A stretch of DNA of 64,000 bases from an uncultured Rivularia sp. (GCA_963665115.1 OY762007.1:2112001-2176000); one strand, 5' to 3'. Shown: positions 21,419-32,031, numbered from the stretch's first letter. Notes: generated from the sequence alone by a model not told the origin. A program made the numbers and translations.

Positions 21419-21438
21419 ATCTCTACTTCTTGAATATA
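21250..21438 (+). ncRNA. Predicted omega/reRNA of TnpB (5' end approximate)
   Basis: Inferred from family biology: scaffold spans the tnpB 3' end to the TCAA end (21418); flanking ATCTCTACTTCTTGAATATA would be the guide. Confidence 0.55.
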
Positions 21439-21462
21439 AATATTCTTATCAAAAAACTAGTT

Positions 21463-22536
21463 CTAAAAATTTCCAAATTCTTCAAACTCACCCAGCATCT
21501 CCTCAAAAAGATCGTCAATTATTTCTTGATTTCTTTGTTGTAGAATGGGAGGGCCACCAAGAAATTTTTTAATTGTAATTTTCTTATCTCTAAAATCTTT
21601 CACAAAGTTACAAATAGAAGATATCACCTCAATTTCAGATTCTACTTGTTCGACGGTTTGAGAAATCGGATCTATTCCTCCTTTAACCGCTTTTCTATAA
21701 CCTGAAACCATTTGCCCTTCGTTGGTATTTTTAGCTAATCGCAGTTCGCTTTTTAAATTCTCATACTGAGTTTTCAGAAACTCGTTATGCTGCTCTAACT
21801 TATTACATTGTCTGGTTAAGTCATCTTCACTGTTAATTGAAAATGATTCTTCTACCTGATGCAATCTTTCAATTTCTAGCAATTTGGCTAAATCACCTTC
21901 TTGATAGGCTTTATTAATTTCTTTCATAATTTCTGTATGGTGCATCTGGATATCACTATCTTTTACCTTATCTGGGTGAAATATCTCAGCTAACCTTAGA
22001 AATGTTTGACGAATTTTCTTCGATCCAGTAGCTCTATTTGCAGAAGAAAAATCTGGTTGTGTTTCTTGATATCCTTGCTCGGAATCCCGATACCTATCCG
22101 TGTTTTCATTTCTTGAATCGGAGAAGTCACTTTCTTCTTCCTCTGCTTCAAAAAAATCTTCTGGGAAATCATTTTCTATCGAACTTAGTTTGACACTGAT
22201 TATCCCTCCAACTTGAAGGCTGCGGTAAACTTGTTCAATATTTTTTCTGGTTTGCTTTCCTAATTTTCGTGCAGTCAAAATTTCATCAAATAGTGAATGT
22301 ATTTCCTCATCCAAAGATGCCATTTTTTGAAAACAAGGAGTACATCTACTATGTATTTCTGTTGCTACAGCACGCATCTGTTCGAGAAAGTTCTGCTGCT
22401 CGGTGCGTTTTTTCTTAATTTGCTTGAGCAACCACTGATGTTCTTTTTCTAAGGTTTCCAAACGGATATGGAAAGATGAAAGAGCAAGTGAGGTTGCTGG
22501 TGAAAATGTAGATGGGGATGAAACAGGTGTAGACAT
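21463..22536 (-). CDS. Coiled-coil J-domain protein
   Basis: IRQTFLRLAEIFHPDK...MKEINKAY J-domain with HPD, flanked by coiled coils. Confidence 0.85.
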   Translation of the reverse strand: MSTPVSSPSTFSPATSLALSSFHIRLETLEKEHQWLLKQIKKKRTEQQNFLEQMRAVATEIHSRCTPCFQKMASLDEEIHSLFDEILTARKLGKQTRKNIEQVYRSLQVGGIISVKLSSIENDFPEDFFEAEEEESDFSDSRNENTDRYRDSEQGYQETQPDFSSANRATGSKKIRQTFLRLAEIFHPDKVKDSDIQMHHTEIMKEINKAYQEGDLAKLLEIERLHQVEESFSINSEDDLTRQCNKLEQHNEFLKTQYENLKSELRLAKNTNEGQMVSGYRKAVKGGIDPISQTVEQVESEIEVISSICNFVKDFRDKKITIKKFLGGPPILQQRNQEIIDDLFEEMLGEFEEFGNF

Positions 22537-22697
22537 AGAAGAAAATATGGGTTTGTTCCAGGTTAATGTACCAATTAGAACTGCATTCGGGAAAGTATTT
22601 ACTTCCCGATGGCTACCAAACTTCTAATAATTTACTACTTTTTTTGATTTTATCAATGAAGGTTAGTGTAGAAAAATTTCACAACCTGCCTTAGCAT

Positions 22698-22916
22698 CTA
22701 CAGAAATTTAAAGCCTAATGCTGTTTGAGCATAAACTAATTCAATCTCTGATTCCTTTAAAGACAATAACAAAGGTTCTTTACTATTACTAAAAGGATTA
22801 TTGATTAATCGAATTATCCAACGCCCTGCTATTTCTTCTGGAGCCTCAACTATACCGTGAAATTCAAATACGTATTTGGGATATAATATTTTAACTAAAC
22901 TTCCTATTTTTATCAT
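22698..22916 (-). CDS. Hypothetical small protein (possible SH3/KOW-like barrel)
   Basis: MIKIGSLVKILYP...G.V...RWIIRL...L.L.ESEIELV pattern; purine-rich sequence upstream of the ATG. Confidence 0.55.
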   Translation of the reverse strand: MIKIGSLVKILYPKYVFEFHGIVEAPEEIAGRWIIRLINNPFSNSKEPLLLSLKESEIELVYAQTALGFKFL

Positions 22917-23004
22917 CTTTCTTATCTTCCATTTTGATTGATAGTGGATTTATATTGCCTCTAAATATGATTTATTAAAAAAGTATGTTTTGTTAAATTT
23001 TAAA

Positions 23005-23280
23005 TTATCTTGCTATGGGGAACCAACTAGTTGAAGCTTGTTGTAGTTCATTCAAATTATATTGAGATTTCCAACCACAATGGTAACATTGGAATCCAAA
23101 TGTACGATTTGTTAAATATTCACGATACTTTATTCTTACAGAACTGCAACAGGGACAAGTTCCCATAAGTACTAGCGATTTTAACTCTTTTCCTGTTTCT
23201 TGTTGCTTCTCAAGCATATAACTAATCCTTTGTACTTTGAAGTTAACTAAGCTATTTACTTCTAAAGGCTTATAACTCAA
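23005..23280 (-). CDS. Hypothetical zinc-ribbon protein
   Basis: CPCC...CYHCGW; start uncertain (ATG at MLEKQQ is also plausible). Confidence 0.55.
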   Translation of the reverse strand: MSYKPLEVNSLVNFKVQRISYMLEKQQETGKELKSLVLMGTCPCCSSVRIKYREYLTNRTFGFQCYHCGWKSQYNLNELQQASTSWFPIAR

Positions 23281-23748
23281 TGTGTAACTTAATTACCGAT
23301 CTATATATAAATCTATATTGTGCTTTTTACCTGAAATTTTGCCAAAATAAATAAATTAAAAAAATAAATTAGTTTAAAGTCTAGTTTATTATATATCTAT
23401 GGAGGTAATTATTTTTTATTTGTGATTAATATTATTTTACAAAAGCAATGATTTATTCTTGCTTATTATAATTGCACCTAATTGAGAAAAACTCAGGTTA
23501 CACTTTAAAAATTTGCGATTTTATAACTTAAGATATAGCTAAGTTACAAGCGTTCAATTTGTAACTAATCGAAGATATAACAATTTTTGATAGACAACAA
23601 AAACATTCCTTTATCTTCTGCTTAAACAAGGAAAAAAATAAATATTTTTAAAGCTTTAACTTTCAATAAGTTTGATTGTTTATACTAAACTATCGGGATT
23701 AAAGCCTTCTGTCATATTTGAGATTGACATAATGTTCTCCCTCTGTCT

Positions 23749-23762
23749 GTACGGCATCGTAC
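23749..23762. promoter_or_regulatory. Palindrome GTACG-N4-CGTAC, candidate regulator site
   Basis: GTACGGCATCGTAC just past the stop of the Crp gene; repeated at 24807. Confidence 0.5.
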
Positions 23763-23769
23763 CTATGTC

Positions 23770-24501
23770 TTAAGTTTGTTTCGGTTTGAGCAAGCGGATA
23801 TACTCATTTTTAATAACTTGATAGCATTCGCAGGCTGTAGCACTTAGAGCTTCTCGACTTAGAATACTAATTTTTCCACGGGTATAGCGAATCATTCCCG
23901 CTTGTTGAAGGGTACCTGCTGCAACGGTTACGCCCGAACGACGAGTACCTAACATTTGAGAGATAAATTCTTGGGTAAGGTGTAATTCATCTTTCATGAC
24001 GCAATCTTGCGTTGTCAGCAGCCAGCGAGCAAGTCTTTCTTCAATATTATGTTGTCTGTTGCACGCAGCGTTTTGTGAAGCTTGGGTAAATAACGCTTGC
24101 GTATAAAGTAACAAAAGTCTTTGCAATTCTCCACCCCGATCGAACTCGCTTTTTAATATGTTGCCGTTAAGCTTTAACACACTACCATCAACTTGAACTA
24201 TGGCGCGACTCGTAGTAGAATCACCACCCAAAAAGACGGGCAAACCTACTATCCCTTCTTTACCTACTAAGCTTATTTCTGTTGTCGAACCGTTTTCCAT
24301 GATTGAAACTAAAGAAATCATCCCTAAAATAGGAAAATAAACTTCTGTGATTTTTTCCCCTGGTTCCCACAACACATCCCCAGAAATTAATTCAACATAT
24401 TCTAAATGAGAAACCAACCGTTGATAATCCTCCGGAGGTAAAGCTGCTAGCAATTGATTAACGATCGCACTACTAATATCGTCGGACATATGAAAGAACA
24501 C
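23770..24501 (-). CDS. Crp/Fnr family transcriptional regulator
   Basis: NQLLAALP, VYFP..GMISLV, EERLARWLL, LTQEFISQMLGTRRSGVT HTH. Confidence 0.93.
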   Translation of the reverse strand: MFFHMSDDISSAIVNQLLAALPPEDYQRLVSHLEYVELISGDVLWEPGEKITEVYFPILGMISLVSIMENGSTTEISLVGKEGIVGLPVFLGGDSTTSRAIVQVDGSVLKLNGNILKSEFDRGGELQRLLLLYTQALFTQASQNAACNRQHNIEERLARWLLTTQDCVMKDELHLTQEFISQMLGTRRSGVTVAAGTLQQAGMIRYTRGKISILSREALSATACECYQVIKNEYIRLLKPKQT

Positions 24502-24806
24502 AATCTTCTTAATTGAGTCGTATTTGGAAAAATATCTGACGACACAAGAAAAATAAAAAATATCTGAGTCATGTCTAGAGGCATTTTTCCGTTGAATTGC
24601 TTACAATATCAGCACAGCAACAATATCCAATTTGAAAAAAGAATTTTACAGGTGGCTTGCTCGATTAATCGAAGCCCCACAAGCTTGCTATAACGAATAT
24701 TCCGAAAAGCAGCAGCATATTCAAAATCAAATATCAAAAATGGTATTATCTCTGCTGACACCGTATGTCTGTAAACAAAAGAATACCTCGATCCCAGAAA
24801 AAAACA

Positions 24807-24820
24807 GTACGCTATCGTAC
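24807..24820. promoter_or_regulatory. Palindrome GTACG-N4-CGTAC, candidate regulator site
   Basis: GTACGCTATCGTAC between the two Crp genes. Confidence 0.5.
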
Positions 24821-24870
24821 ATAAGCTAGTGAAAGTTTAAGAAAATATAAAAATTTAATAATTCAACTAT

Positions 24871-25575
24871 CTATTTTAGTAGACGTTTGAACTCGTTATA
24901 GATCGATCCATAGCATTCGCAGGCTGCTTGTTCGAGTTCCTTTCTGTTCAAGATAGTAATCTGTCCCCTGCTATAACTAATCAACCCTGCTTTCTGAAGT
25001 GCGATCGCCGCTTCTGTGACGCTAGCACGACGAACTCCAAGTATTTCGGATATAAATTTTTGGGTGAGCGGTAACTCAGGCATACTTACACAGTCATGAA
25101 CGGAAAGCAGCCAACGAGCCAGTCTTTCCTCGATTAGATGATGCGATTTACAAGCAGCTATTTGTGATATCTGAGTTAATCTTGCTTGGGTGTAAAGTAA
25201 GAGCTTTGCCTGTAATTGTTTTCCTCTTTCAAATTCGCTTTTGAGTATGGAGGCATCCATTTTAAGTGCGTTGCCTTCTACTTGCACAATGGCACGATTT
25301 GTTGAGATATTTCCTCCTAAAAATACAGGAATACCTACCATTCCTTGATTACCTACTAAACCGATTTCTGTAGTTGAACCATCTTTCATCATCGAAACCA
25401 AAGAAATCATTGCCTCTGTAGGAAAATAGACTTCCTTTATCGACTGTTTTGGTTCGTAAATAATTTGCCCCAAAACCAAACTAACAGGCTCTAAGTAAGG
25501 AATAAGACGCTCGTATTCCCCAGGAGGTAAAGCCATCAGTAGTTGATTAGCCGACATCTGAGGCGAATCAAACAT
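24871..25575 (-). CDS. Crp/Fnr family transcriptional regulator (tandem paralog)
   Basis: Collinear with 23770-24501; LTQKFISEILGVRRASVT HTH. Confidence 0.93.
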   Translation of the reverse strand: MFDSPQMSANQLLMALPPGEYERLIPYLEPVSLVLGQIIYEPKQSIKEVYFPTEAMISLVSMMKDGSTTEIGLVGNQGMVGIPVFLGGNISTNRAIVQVEGNALKMDASILKSEFERGKQLQAKLLLYTQARLTQISQIAACKSHHLIEERLARWLLSVHDCVSMPELPLTQKFISEILGVRRASVTEAAIALQKAGLISYSRGQITILNRKELEQAACECYGSIYNEFKRLLK

Positions 25576-26145
25576 AGGGTAATAAAATCTCTTTTTGTTA
25601 ACGTTTTCTTCAGGCAGAGTAAGTATTACTTGTTTCTAAAGTGGTACTTTTACAGCATTATTGAGGAAATTTATGAATCCGGTCTAATTTTAAAACAAAT
25701 CTAAGTATTTTAAACGGTGTTAGGGGGAACATCATAACGCATAACCATGATGATTTTAGTACGTTCCGCTACGGTTGACACGATCTATATTTTCTAAAAT
25801 TCAAATAGTTTTATAGGTATTATTTAGATGATGATAAAATTTAAATTTATTCTGTTCCCTATTTCCTATTCCCTATTGGCTTATTCAAATTAATTTTTTA
25901 GCATACTATGTAATGAAGAACCGTATTTATTATTTTTAGCAATAATCTGAGTCTTTGATTTTGAAATATATTTAACTAAAATTCTTAAATAACTAAAGTC
26001 TATTTTTATCAACATACAGTTAAGTTAATATTATTTTAGGGTTCATAATCTTTTTTTAACAAGTAAATATAAGCATTATTTATGATGCCGATAATAAATA
26101 CTTGTATTCAATGTAAGACCCAGATAATTTCGATTTATTAAAATA

Positions 26146-27318
26146 TCAATCTTTGATTGTAGATAATCCACCACTTTGATATAAATCTTCTAACACTTGA
26201 GTGGCACAAACCAAAGCCACCAATCCAATTATCACTATAGGCTGCGAACTTCTCCCTAATAGAGCTAGAAATATCAGAATTGCAGCAGCCCCAAGTCTGT
26301 ATTTTGCTCTAACTTTGCATCTAAATATCATTCCCGTTCTATGGAGAATGCTTAAACTTAATAAACATAAGGCGACTCCACCACAAATCAGCCAACGATG
26401 TGGGGTTGGTAGCGCTTTGCTTACATCGCTCATTATCACCTTTTCCACACCAACTCCTGTAGTAGCAAGTCCAATTACCAACGGTAAATGTCCGTAAAGC
26501 CAAACTTGAATTAGTCCCACTTTTCTATCAACATTGGCACTTAAAATTGAACCGCTGACATTTTCAAAATAAACCCACCACAAACTAAAAGCAATAACAA
26601 AGCCAAACACCGCACAAATAGCGCTTTGTACGTCCCATTGTTGTTCGGAAACTCCATTGACAACAGCAATAATTGCTTCACCCAAAACAATAATTGTAAA
26701 CAGCCCAAAACGCTCCGGTAAATGTTCGGGATGGGGAAGTAAAGCAACCTGAAAACGTTTTGCACTGATTCCAGTAATAAAATCCACAGCTAAACCCAAT
26801 ACCCAAAGTACGAAACGTATAGGAATTGGTACAAAAGCCGATATTAACCACAAAACAGCAGCAATAGAGAAGCCAACACAGTAATATTTAGCTAAACCTC
26901 GGGCTTGAGGAATATGTTTAATAACTCGTAGGTATTCCAAAACAAGGGTAAATCTTGTTACGGCGTAAGCAATAGCAAAGCCAGGAGAAGTTTCACCCAA
27001 ACCATGATGAATATTTACAGCAAGAGCAGCGACTGCTAACATTTGTAAGCCAGTTAATAGCCGATGTTTAATATCATCGCTATCAAATCGATTTGCATAA
27101 AATGTAGTTCCAATCCATGCCCACCATACCGGAACAAATAAAAATACAAAGCCAAGAAAACCTTTTAAAGAAGTATCTTCATATAAATAATGAGCAATTT
27201 GCGAGACAGCAACTACATAAACCAGATCGTAAAAAAGTTCTAACCAAGTAGCATGACGGTGTTCTTCAGCTACTTCTTCACCTATACGTAAACGGGGTAC
27301 TTGCAACCAGCCTTTCAT
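26146..27318 (-). CDS. Low temperature requirement protein A (LtrA) family membrane protein
   Basis: RHATWLELFYDLVYV, WWAW, HLPERFGLFTIIVLGE. Confidence 0.9.
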   Translation of the reverse strand: MKGWLQVPRLRIGEEVAEEHRHATWLELFYDLVYVVAVSQIAHYLYEDTSLKGFLGFVFLFVPVWWAWIGTTFYANRFDSDDIKHRLLTGLQMLAVAALAVNIHHGLGETSPGFAIAYAVTRFTLVLEYLRVIKHIPQARGLAKYYCVGFSIAAVLWLISAFVPIPIRFVLWVLGLAVDFITGISAKRFQVALLPHPEHLPERFGLFTIIVLGEAIIAVVNGVSEQQWDVQSAICAVFGFVIAFSLWWVYFENVSGSILSANVDRKVGLIQVWLYGHLPLVIGLATTGVGVEKVIMSDVSKALPTPHRWLICGGVALCLLSLSILHRTGMIFRCKVRAKYRLGAAAILIFLALLGRSSQPIVIIGLVALVCATQVLEDLYQSGGLSTIKD

Positions 27319-27384
27319 ATTAATAATTAAGAATAAAAATTGAAAAAAGGGAGTAGGGGGGGTAGAGAGGAAAGGAGTTATTAC

Positions 27385-27416
27385 ACCTTTAACCTTTAAC
27401 CTTTAACCTTTAACCT
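27385..27416. repeat. STRR (ACCTTTA)n
   Basis: Four tandem heptamers at the MFS gene stop. Confidence 0.8.
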
Positions 27417-28993
27417 ATAAAACTTTCTGTCGCCGATCGATCGTTAACAACGCAACTACAGCACTGGCAACTGAAGCGGCTGCGGCAATAAACATGATTA
27501 AACGAAAACTATCTACATAAGAAAGTGCAATTGCTTTTTCTATGGCATTTGTTAACTCATTACTTATATTATCTGGAACTTTTGCGGCGGCTAAATTTAT
27601 TCTTTCTGCCGCTAAGGCTTGCCGTACTTGAGATGGTACATTTAACTGATCCAAACGCCGATCGAGACTGAGATTAAAAGCATTAAAAACAAAGATATTA
27701 AAAATGGCGATCGCCAATAATCCAGCAGTACGAGAAACAGCGTTGTTGACTCCCGAAGCAACACCAACTTGACGCTTTCTCACTGAACCCATAACGGTTG
27801 TTGTCAAAGGAGCAACGCTAACTGACATCCCCAATCCTAATACTACAATCGCGGGAAAAAATGTTAACCAATAACTACCGCCAATTCCGGGTATTGCAAA
27901 AAGTATAAAACCAACTGCTGCGATTATTGGCCCTACCATCAAAGGTAACTTAGCATTGTAGCGATTAACTAGATTACCAGACCATCGCGACAGGAAGAAC
28001 ATAATGAGAATAAACGTTAAAAACACCGCACCAGCAGCTATCGGTGAGTAACCTTGAACCTGAATTAAATTGAAAGGAACAAAATAGAAAACTCCTCCCA
28101 AAGCTGCATATAGTAGTAACGTCAGTAAATTAGCACCCAAAAAGGTACGGGATTGAAATAAAGATAAAGGCATCATCGGGCTGTAAATATTAGCTTCTAC
28201 AAAAACAAACGCACCTAAAACAATTATTCCAAATACCGTGCAGCTAATAACCAAGGGATGAAAAAGTCCTAAAGCAGAAGATTCAATTAACCCAAAAACT
28301 GTAGCTCCTAAACCCAAAGTTGCTAGTGTTGCTCCCCAATAGTCCAATCGGGTAAATTCTCTATCGCGACTTTCTGGAACGTAACGAAATAAAATTGATA
28401 AGATTGCGATCGCGAAGGGCACATTAATAAAAAATATCCATCTCCAAGATAGATTTTCTATCAGCCAACCGCCTAAAATTGGACCAAATGCTGAAGTTAT
28501 AGCCGTAAAACCCGACCAAGTACCAATAGCTTTTCCTCGCTCAGAATCGATAAAAGAGGCACTAATAATCGCTAAACTTCCGGGAACCAATAATGCACCA
28601 CCAACTCCTTGAAAAGCACGAGCAATTATTAGTTGATTAATATTAGGCGATAAAGCACACCATCCAGAAGCAAAAGCAAATAAAGCAATTCCACAAGCAT
28701 AAATTATTCTTCTTCCAAATCGATCTCCTAAAGATCCACCCACCAAAATTAGAGCAGCTAAAAACAAAGCATAAGATTCAACTACCCACTGTACTTGAGT
28801 AGCATTTGCATTCAAAGATTCTTGCAGTACTGGCAGCGCAACATTGACAACAGTGCCATCAATCATTGCCATACTCGAACCGAGTATAGTCGCCACTAGA
28901 AACCCAACGTTCGGTAGTGCGAGAACAAGAAGTAGAGCATCGTTTTGCATTGATGACTCCAGTATCACATGGCGGTTTTACAATGTTTGACAT
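27415..28993 (-). CDS. DHA2-type MFS transporter, frameshifted near 28900
   Basis: IDGTVVNVALP and GSLGDRFGRR motifs; ATG at 28993 gives MSNIVKPPCDTGVINAKRCSTSCSRTTERWV, which joins LVATILGSS if one A of the 28900-28902 run is removed. Confidence 0.85.
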
Positions 28994-29299
28994 TTCAAGC
29001 GACTAAGAGCGCGACTGTAAAAATTTTACCGGAATTTGTTGATTTTTCTCTATTAAATATAAAATGTGAACTTTGTCAATTCTCTTTTTGTTGATTTTGA
29101 ATATATTGTTAGACATAATATTGGACATATCTAAGCTTGCATAAGTCCTATTTTTAGAGTTAACAAAAAAGCATTTTTCATCAGGCATAATAGAACAAAA
29201 TTGTACTAAAATAAATTGTAGGTATAAACGCTTTTTATCAGTTAACTCTGAAGCGTTTCTACTTCTGAAGAATGTTTGTTTTATCTATTAACCGTAAAA

Positions 29300-29437
29300 A
29301 TGGCTGAAAAATCCGACCGTCAAAAGCGAATTATGGAGCATCTTGCTCGCAGTACAAACGATTTTATCAAACCCAAAATTAATTCTGTTGAAAGACAGCA
29401 GCGAATTTTAGAGCATATTCGTATGACTAAAGGTTAA
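29300..29437 (+). CDS. Small protein (45 aa) with duplicated RQxRI(M/L)EH motif
   Basis: MAEKSDRQKRIMEHLARSTNDFIKPKINSVERQQRILEHIRMTKG*, followed at once by a terminator. Confidence 0.75.
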   Translation: MAEKSDRQKRIMEHLARSTNDFIKPKINSVERQQRILEHIRMTKG

Positions 29438-29445
29438 ATTGATTT

Positions 29446-29474
29446 GGAGGTGGGAGATTCCCGCCTTTTTTTTT
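29446..29474 (+). terminator. Intrinsic terminator
   Basis: GGAGGTGGGA-GAT-TCCCGCCTT followed by a T-run. Confidence 0.8.
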
Positions 29475-29594
29475 AATCCTAATTTGTAATATCTAGTTGT
29501 TATTTTTTTGATAGTCAAATTTATATTAAATAGAATAATTTATTTTTAATTATTAGTGGTACATAGATATTTTTATGAAAAAGTTACTTTACCT

Positions 29595-29707
29595 GGCGAT
29601 TGAAATCACTGCTACACAAGCAAAACCCGCCTTCGCGGGTTAAGAATTAATTAGTCCACGCAGGTGGACTTTGCCTGTGTAGTAGCGGTTTTAACCGCCG
29701 GATACTT
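29595..29707. repeat. Dispersed hairpin cassette, copy of the MITE interior at 8645-8757
   Basis: GCTACACAAGCAAAACCCGCC...TTAGTCCACGCAGGTGGACTTTGCCTGTGTAGTAGCGGTTTTAACCGCCGGATACTT; second half identical; diverged half copy at about 18785-18830. Confidence 0.85.
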
Positions 29708-30033
29708 GTCAGCTTTAGAGAAAGCCTGTAGCGATACAAAATATACAGATTTTAGAAACTAACCTGCTTTAATAATTCATTAAAATAAATTTATTATTTA
29801 AGCGAATATAAACGATCAATTTTAGATAAAATAAATCTAAGAAAAATAGTTAACATCTTACCTAACTTGAGATAGAGAATGGTTTTATCCCGTTTTGCTC
29901 GCGAATGGTATATTTTTTTGTGTCTTGATTATACATATATCTAGCGAGCATCTCTGTAATTATCTCTACAAATGCAAGTAAAAAAGACCTATGAATTAAA
30001 AATAACTGTTAAAAATAAGTAACCAATTTACTT

Positions 30034-31422
30034 TTGAATTCAACCTTAATTATAAAAGCGCTTCATCTATTATTAACTTCTTTACAAGCCATGAAATCCC
30101 CTGAATCCCAAACCAAACTTCAAGAAAATAGTTCTCAAAAAGCTAAACAATGGCCGCAACGTTTAATTTTGATACTGATACCAGTAGCTTTAAGCATTGG
30201 TGGAGTAGCAGTACTTTTTCGTTTGCTTGCTCGCGAAAAAACATCGCCTTCAAGTATTACAGTTCAACAATCACCGCTATCAGTTGAACTAGCTGATGTA
30301 CAAGCAAGTCAAATAAAAGAAAGTTCGGAGTTCATTGCTAGTTTACAATCATTAAACTCGGAGAGTCTTCAAGCAAAAACTCAAGGAAAAGTATCTCAAG
30401 TTTTTGTCAAAAAAGGCAGCCAAGTTACAGAGCAAGCTCCTTTATTACAAATTGACTCCAACAATCAAGCTGTTAAAGCTAATAATAACAGTGGTGGTAA
30501 TAGCGCAATACAATCGAATCAGCTACAGCTACAAAATGCTCGTACCCAACTTCAAGACTTAGAAGTTCAACAGTTATCGAAGCTACAAAATGTAAGATTA
30601 AACCAAGAAAAATACGAAAAATATTCTAATCTAGCCGCACAAGGTGCCGTATCCAAACAAACCAAAGATGAATACGCTCAGAGACTTGAAGCAGCAAAAC
30701 TCGAATTTAATAGTTTAGATGCCAAAATACAGGCACAGCGAGCAACTGTATCTAGTTTAGAAAAAGCATTACAGCAAGCATCAGTAAAAATTACCAACAA
30801 TCTTCCTGCGCCACAGACATCACAGAAATTGCAGCAATATAAAGTTCAAGCCCCTTTCAAAGGTACCGTCACAAATATTTCAGTAAAAGTAGGAGATTTA
30901 GTCAACCCTTCAACCAGAGTTGCGATGGTGACTCAAAATCAACCTTTAGAAGTTGATATTCCAGTTTCCCTTGAAAAAAAATCGCAGTTACGCAAAGGTA
31001 TGGCAGTAGAAATCATCAACTCCAAAGGTGAAAATATAGGTACGGGTAAAATATTTTTCATTTCCCCGAAAGTTAATCAAAATACCCGTACTGTATTAGT
31101 GAAAGCGTTATTTGATAACAAAGAAAGAAAGATGCAAGCAGGAGAATTTGCCAAAGCGAGAATTAATTGGAATCAACATTCCGGTTTATTAATTCCTACT
31201 ACCGCAGTATTTCGTATCGCTGGAGAAGCTTTTGTATATGTAGCTGAAAAAATAAATTCGACAACAGCAACCTCAACCCTAGTAGCCAAACAAAAACAGG
31301 TAAAATTAGGTAAAACAATAGATAATAAATATCAAGTTATTGAAGGATTGCAGCCAGGGGAAAAGGTTGTTGTTTCCAAATTATTAAATATCAAAAATGG
31401 TGATGTTTTGGTAATTCAATAA
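30034..31422 (+). CDS. RND-type efflux periplasmic adaptor (MFP)
   Basis: N-terminal TM, lipoyl halves (GKVSQVFVKKG; APFKGTV...VKVGD), coiled coil, YQVIEGLQPGEKVVV; likely start is ATG at 30091. Confidence 0.88.
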   Translation: MNSTLIIKALHLLLTSLQAMKSPESQTKLQENSSQKAKQWPQRLILILIPVALSIGGVAVLFRLLAREKTSPSSITVQQSPLSVELADVQASQIKESSEFIASLQSLNSESLQAKTQGKVSQVFVKKGSQVTEQAPLLQIDSNNQAVKANNNSGGNSAIQSNQLQLQNARTQLQDLEVQQLSKLQNVRLNQEKYEKYSNLAAQGAVSKQTKDEYAQRLEAAKLEFNSLDAKIQAQRATVSSLEKALQQASVKITNNLPAPQTSQKLQQYKVQAPFKGTVTNISVKVGDLVNPSTRVAMVTQNQPLEVDIPVSLEKKSQLRKGMAVEIINSKGENIGTGKIFFISPKVNQNTRTVLVKALFDNKERKMQAGEFAKARINWNQHSGLLIPTTAVFRIAGEAFVYVAEKINSTTATSTLVAKQKQVKLGKTIDNKYQVIEGLQPGEKVVVSKLLNIKNGDVLVIQ

Positions 31423-31587
31423 TTATGGTTTTGACTCGGTAACGCCTTTACGTACAAAAAGTGCAAGAGTTCCAAGTATTAGAAAAGCCACTCCCCACCA
31501 AAGAGAGTCACCGGGAAGAACTTTTAGTAGAAGCGTAGTTAATCCAGAACTCAGTAGCGACCATCCTATTGTTGATTGATTGCCCAT
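31423..31587 (-). CDS. Small 2-TM membrane protein (54 aa)
   Basis: AAGGA RBS; MGNQSTIGWSLLSSGLTTLLLKVLPGDSLWWGVAFLILGTLALFVRKGVTESKP*. Confidence 0.65.
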   Translation of the reverse strand: MGNQSTIGWSLLSSGLTTLLLKVLPGDSLWWGVAFLILGTLALFVRKGVTESKP

Positions 31588-32031
31588 TTGATTAGTTGTC
31601 CTTACGTTACTTACTCTTTCAATATTAATTATTCGTTCAAGAGAATTAATCTACTAAAAGCATTAGAACACAATTAGTCTAAAGTAATAGTTTCTACAGT
31701 TTCTACTCACTCTTGTAAATTATGTCTATTTTTGAGCTATGGTAATTTATTTATTAAAAATTAACTAAAAATAAAAAAAATGGGTTGTGTAGACATTTTT
31801 AATTTAGCTAGTTTTACCTGTCTCAATTATTTCAATATCCCTGAGTACCGTTTTTTAAGAAACTATGAGTAGTTCAATATATAATACAGTGGTATTTTAT
31901 TTTGGCAGATTTGCGCCACTTGGGTTATATTGTTCAACCTATGCACAAAATCTCTCAAAGATTGTATCCGCTGTCTTGTTGCCTAAACACCAAAACCATA
32001 TATCATACAGATAAATTAACAGAAATTAACA

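Noticed and set aside
21369..21572. 67-aa ORF after tnpB
   Set aside because: Spans the IS right end and overlaps the convergent J-domain gene; no coding features
24632..24829. 65-aa ORF between the Crp genes, and similar short intergenic ORFs at 29003, 50106 and 61098
   Set aside because: No RBS or recognisable motif; cannot be supported from sequence alone
28926..28937. 12-nt match (CTCTACTTCTTG, minus strand) to the predicted TnpB guide
   Set aside because: Misses the first two guide positions, has no plausible TAM, and is short enough to be chance
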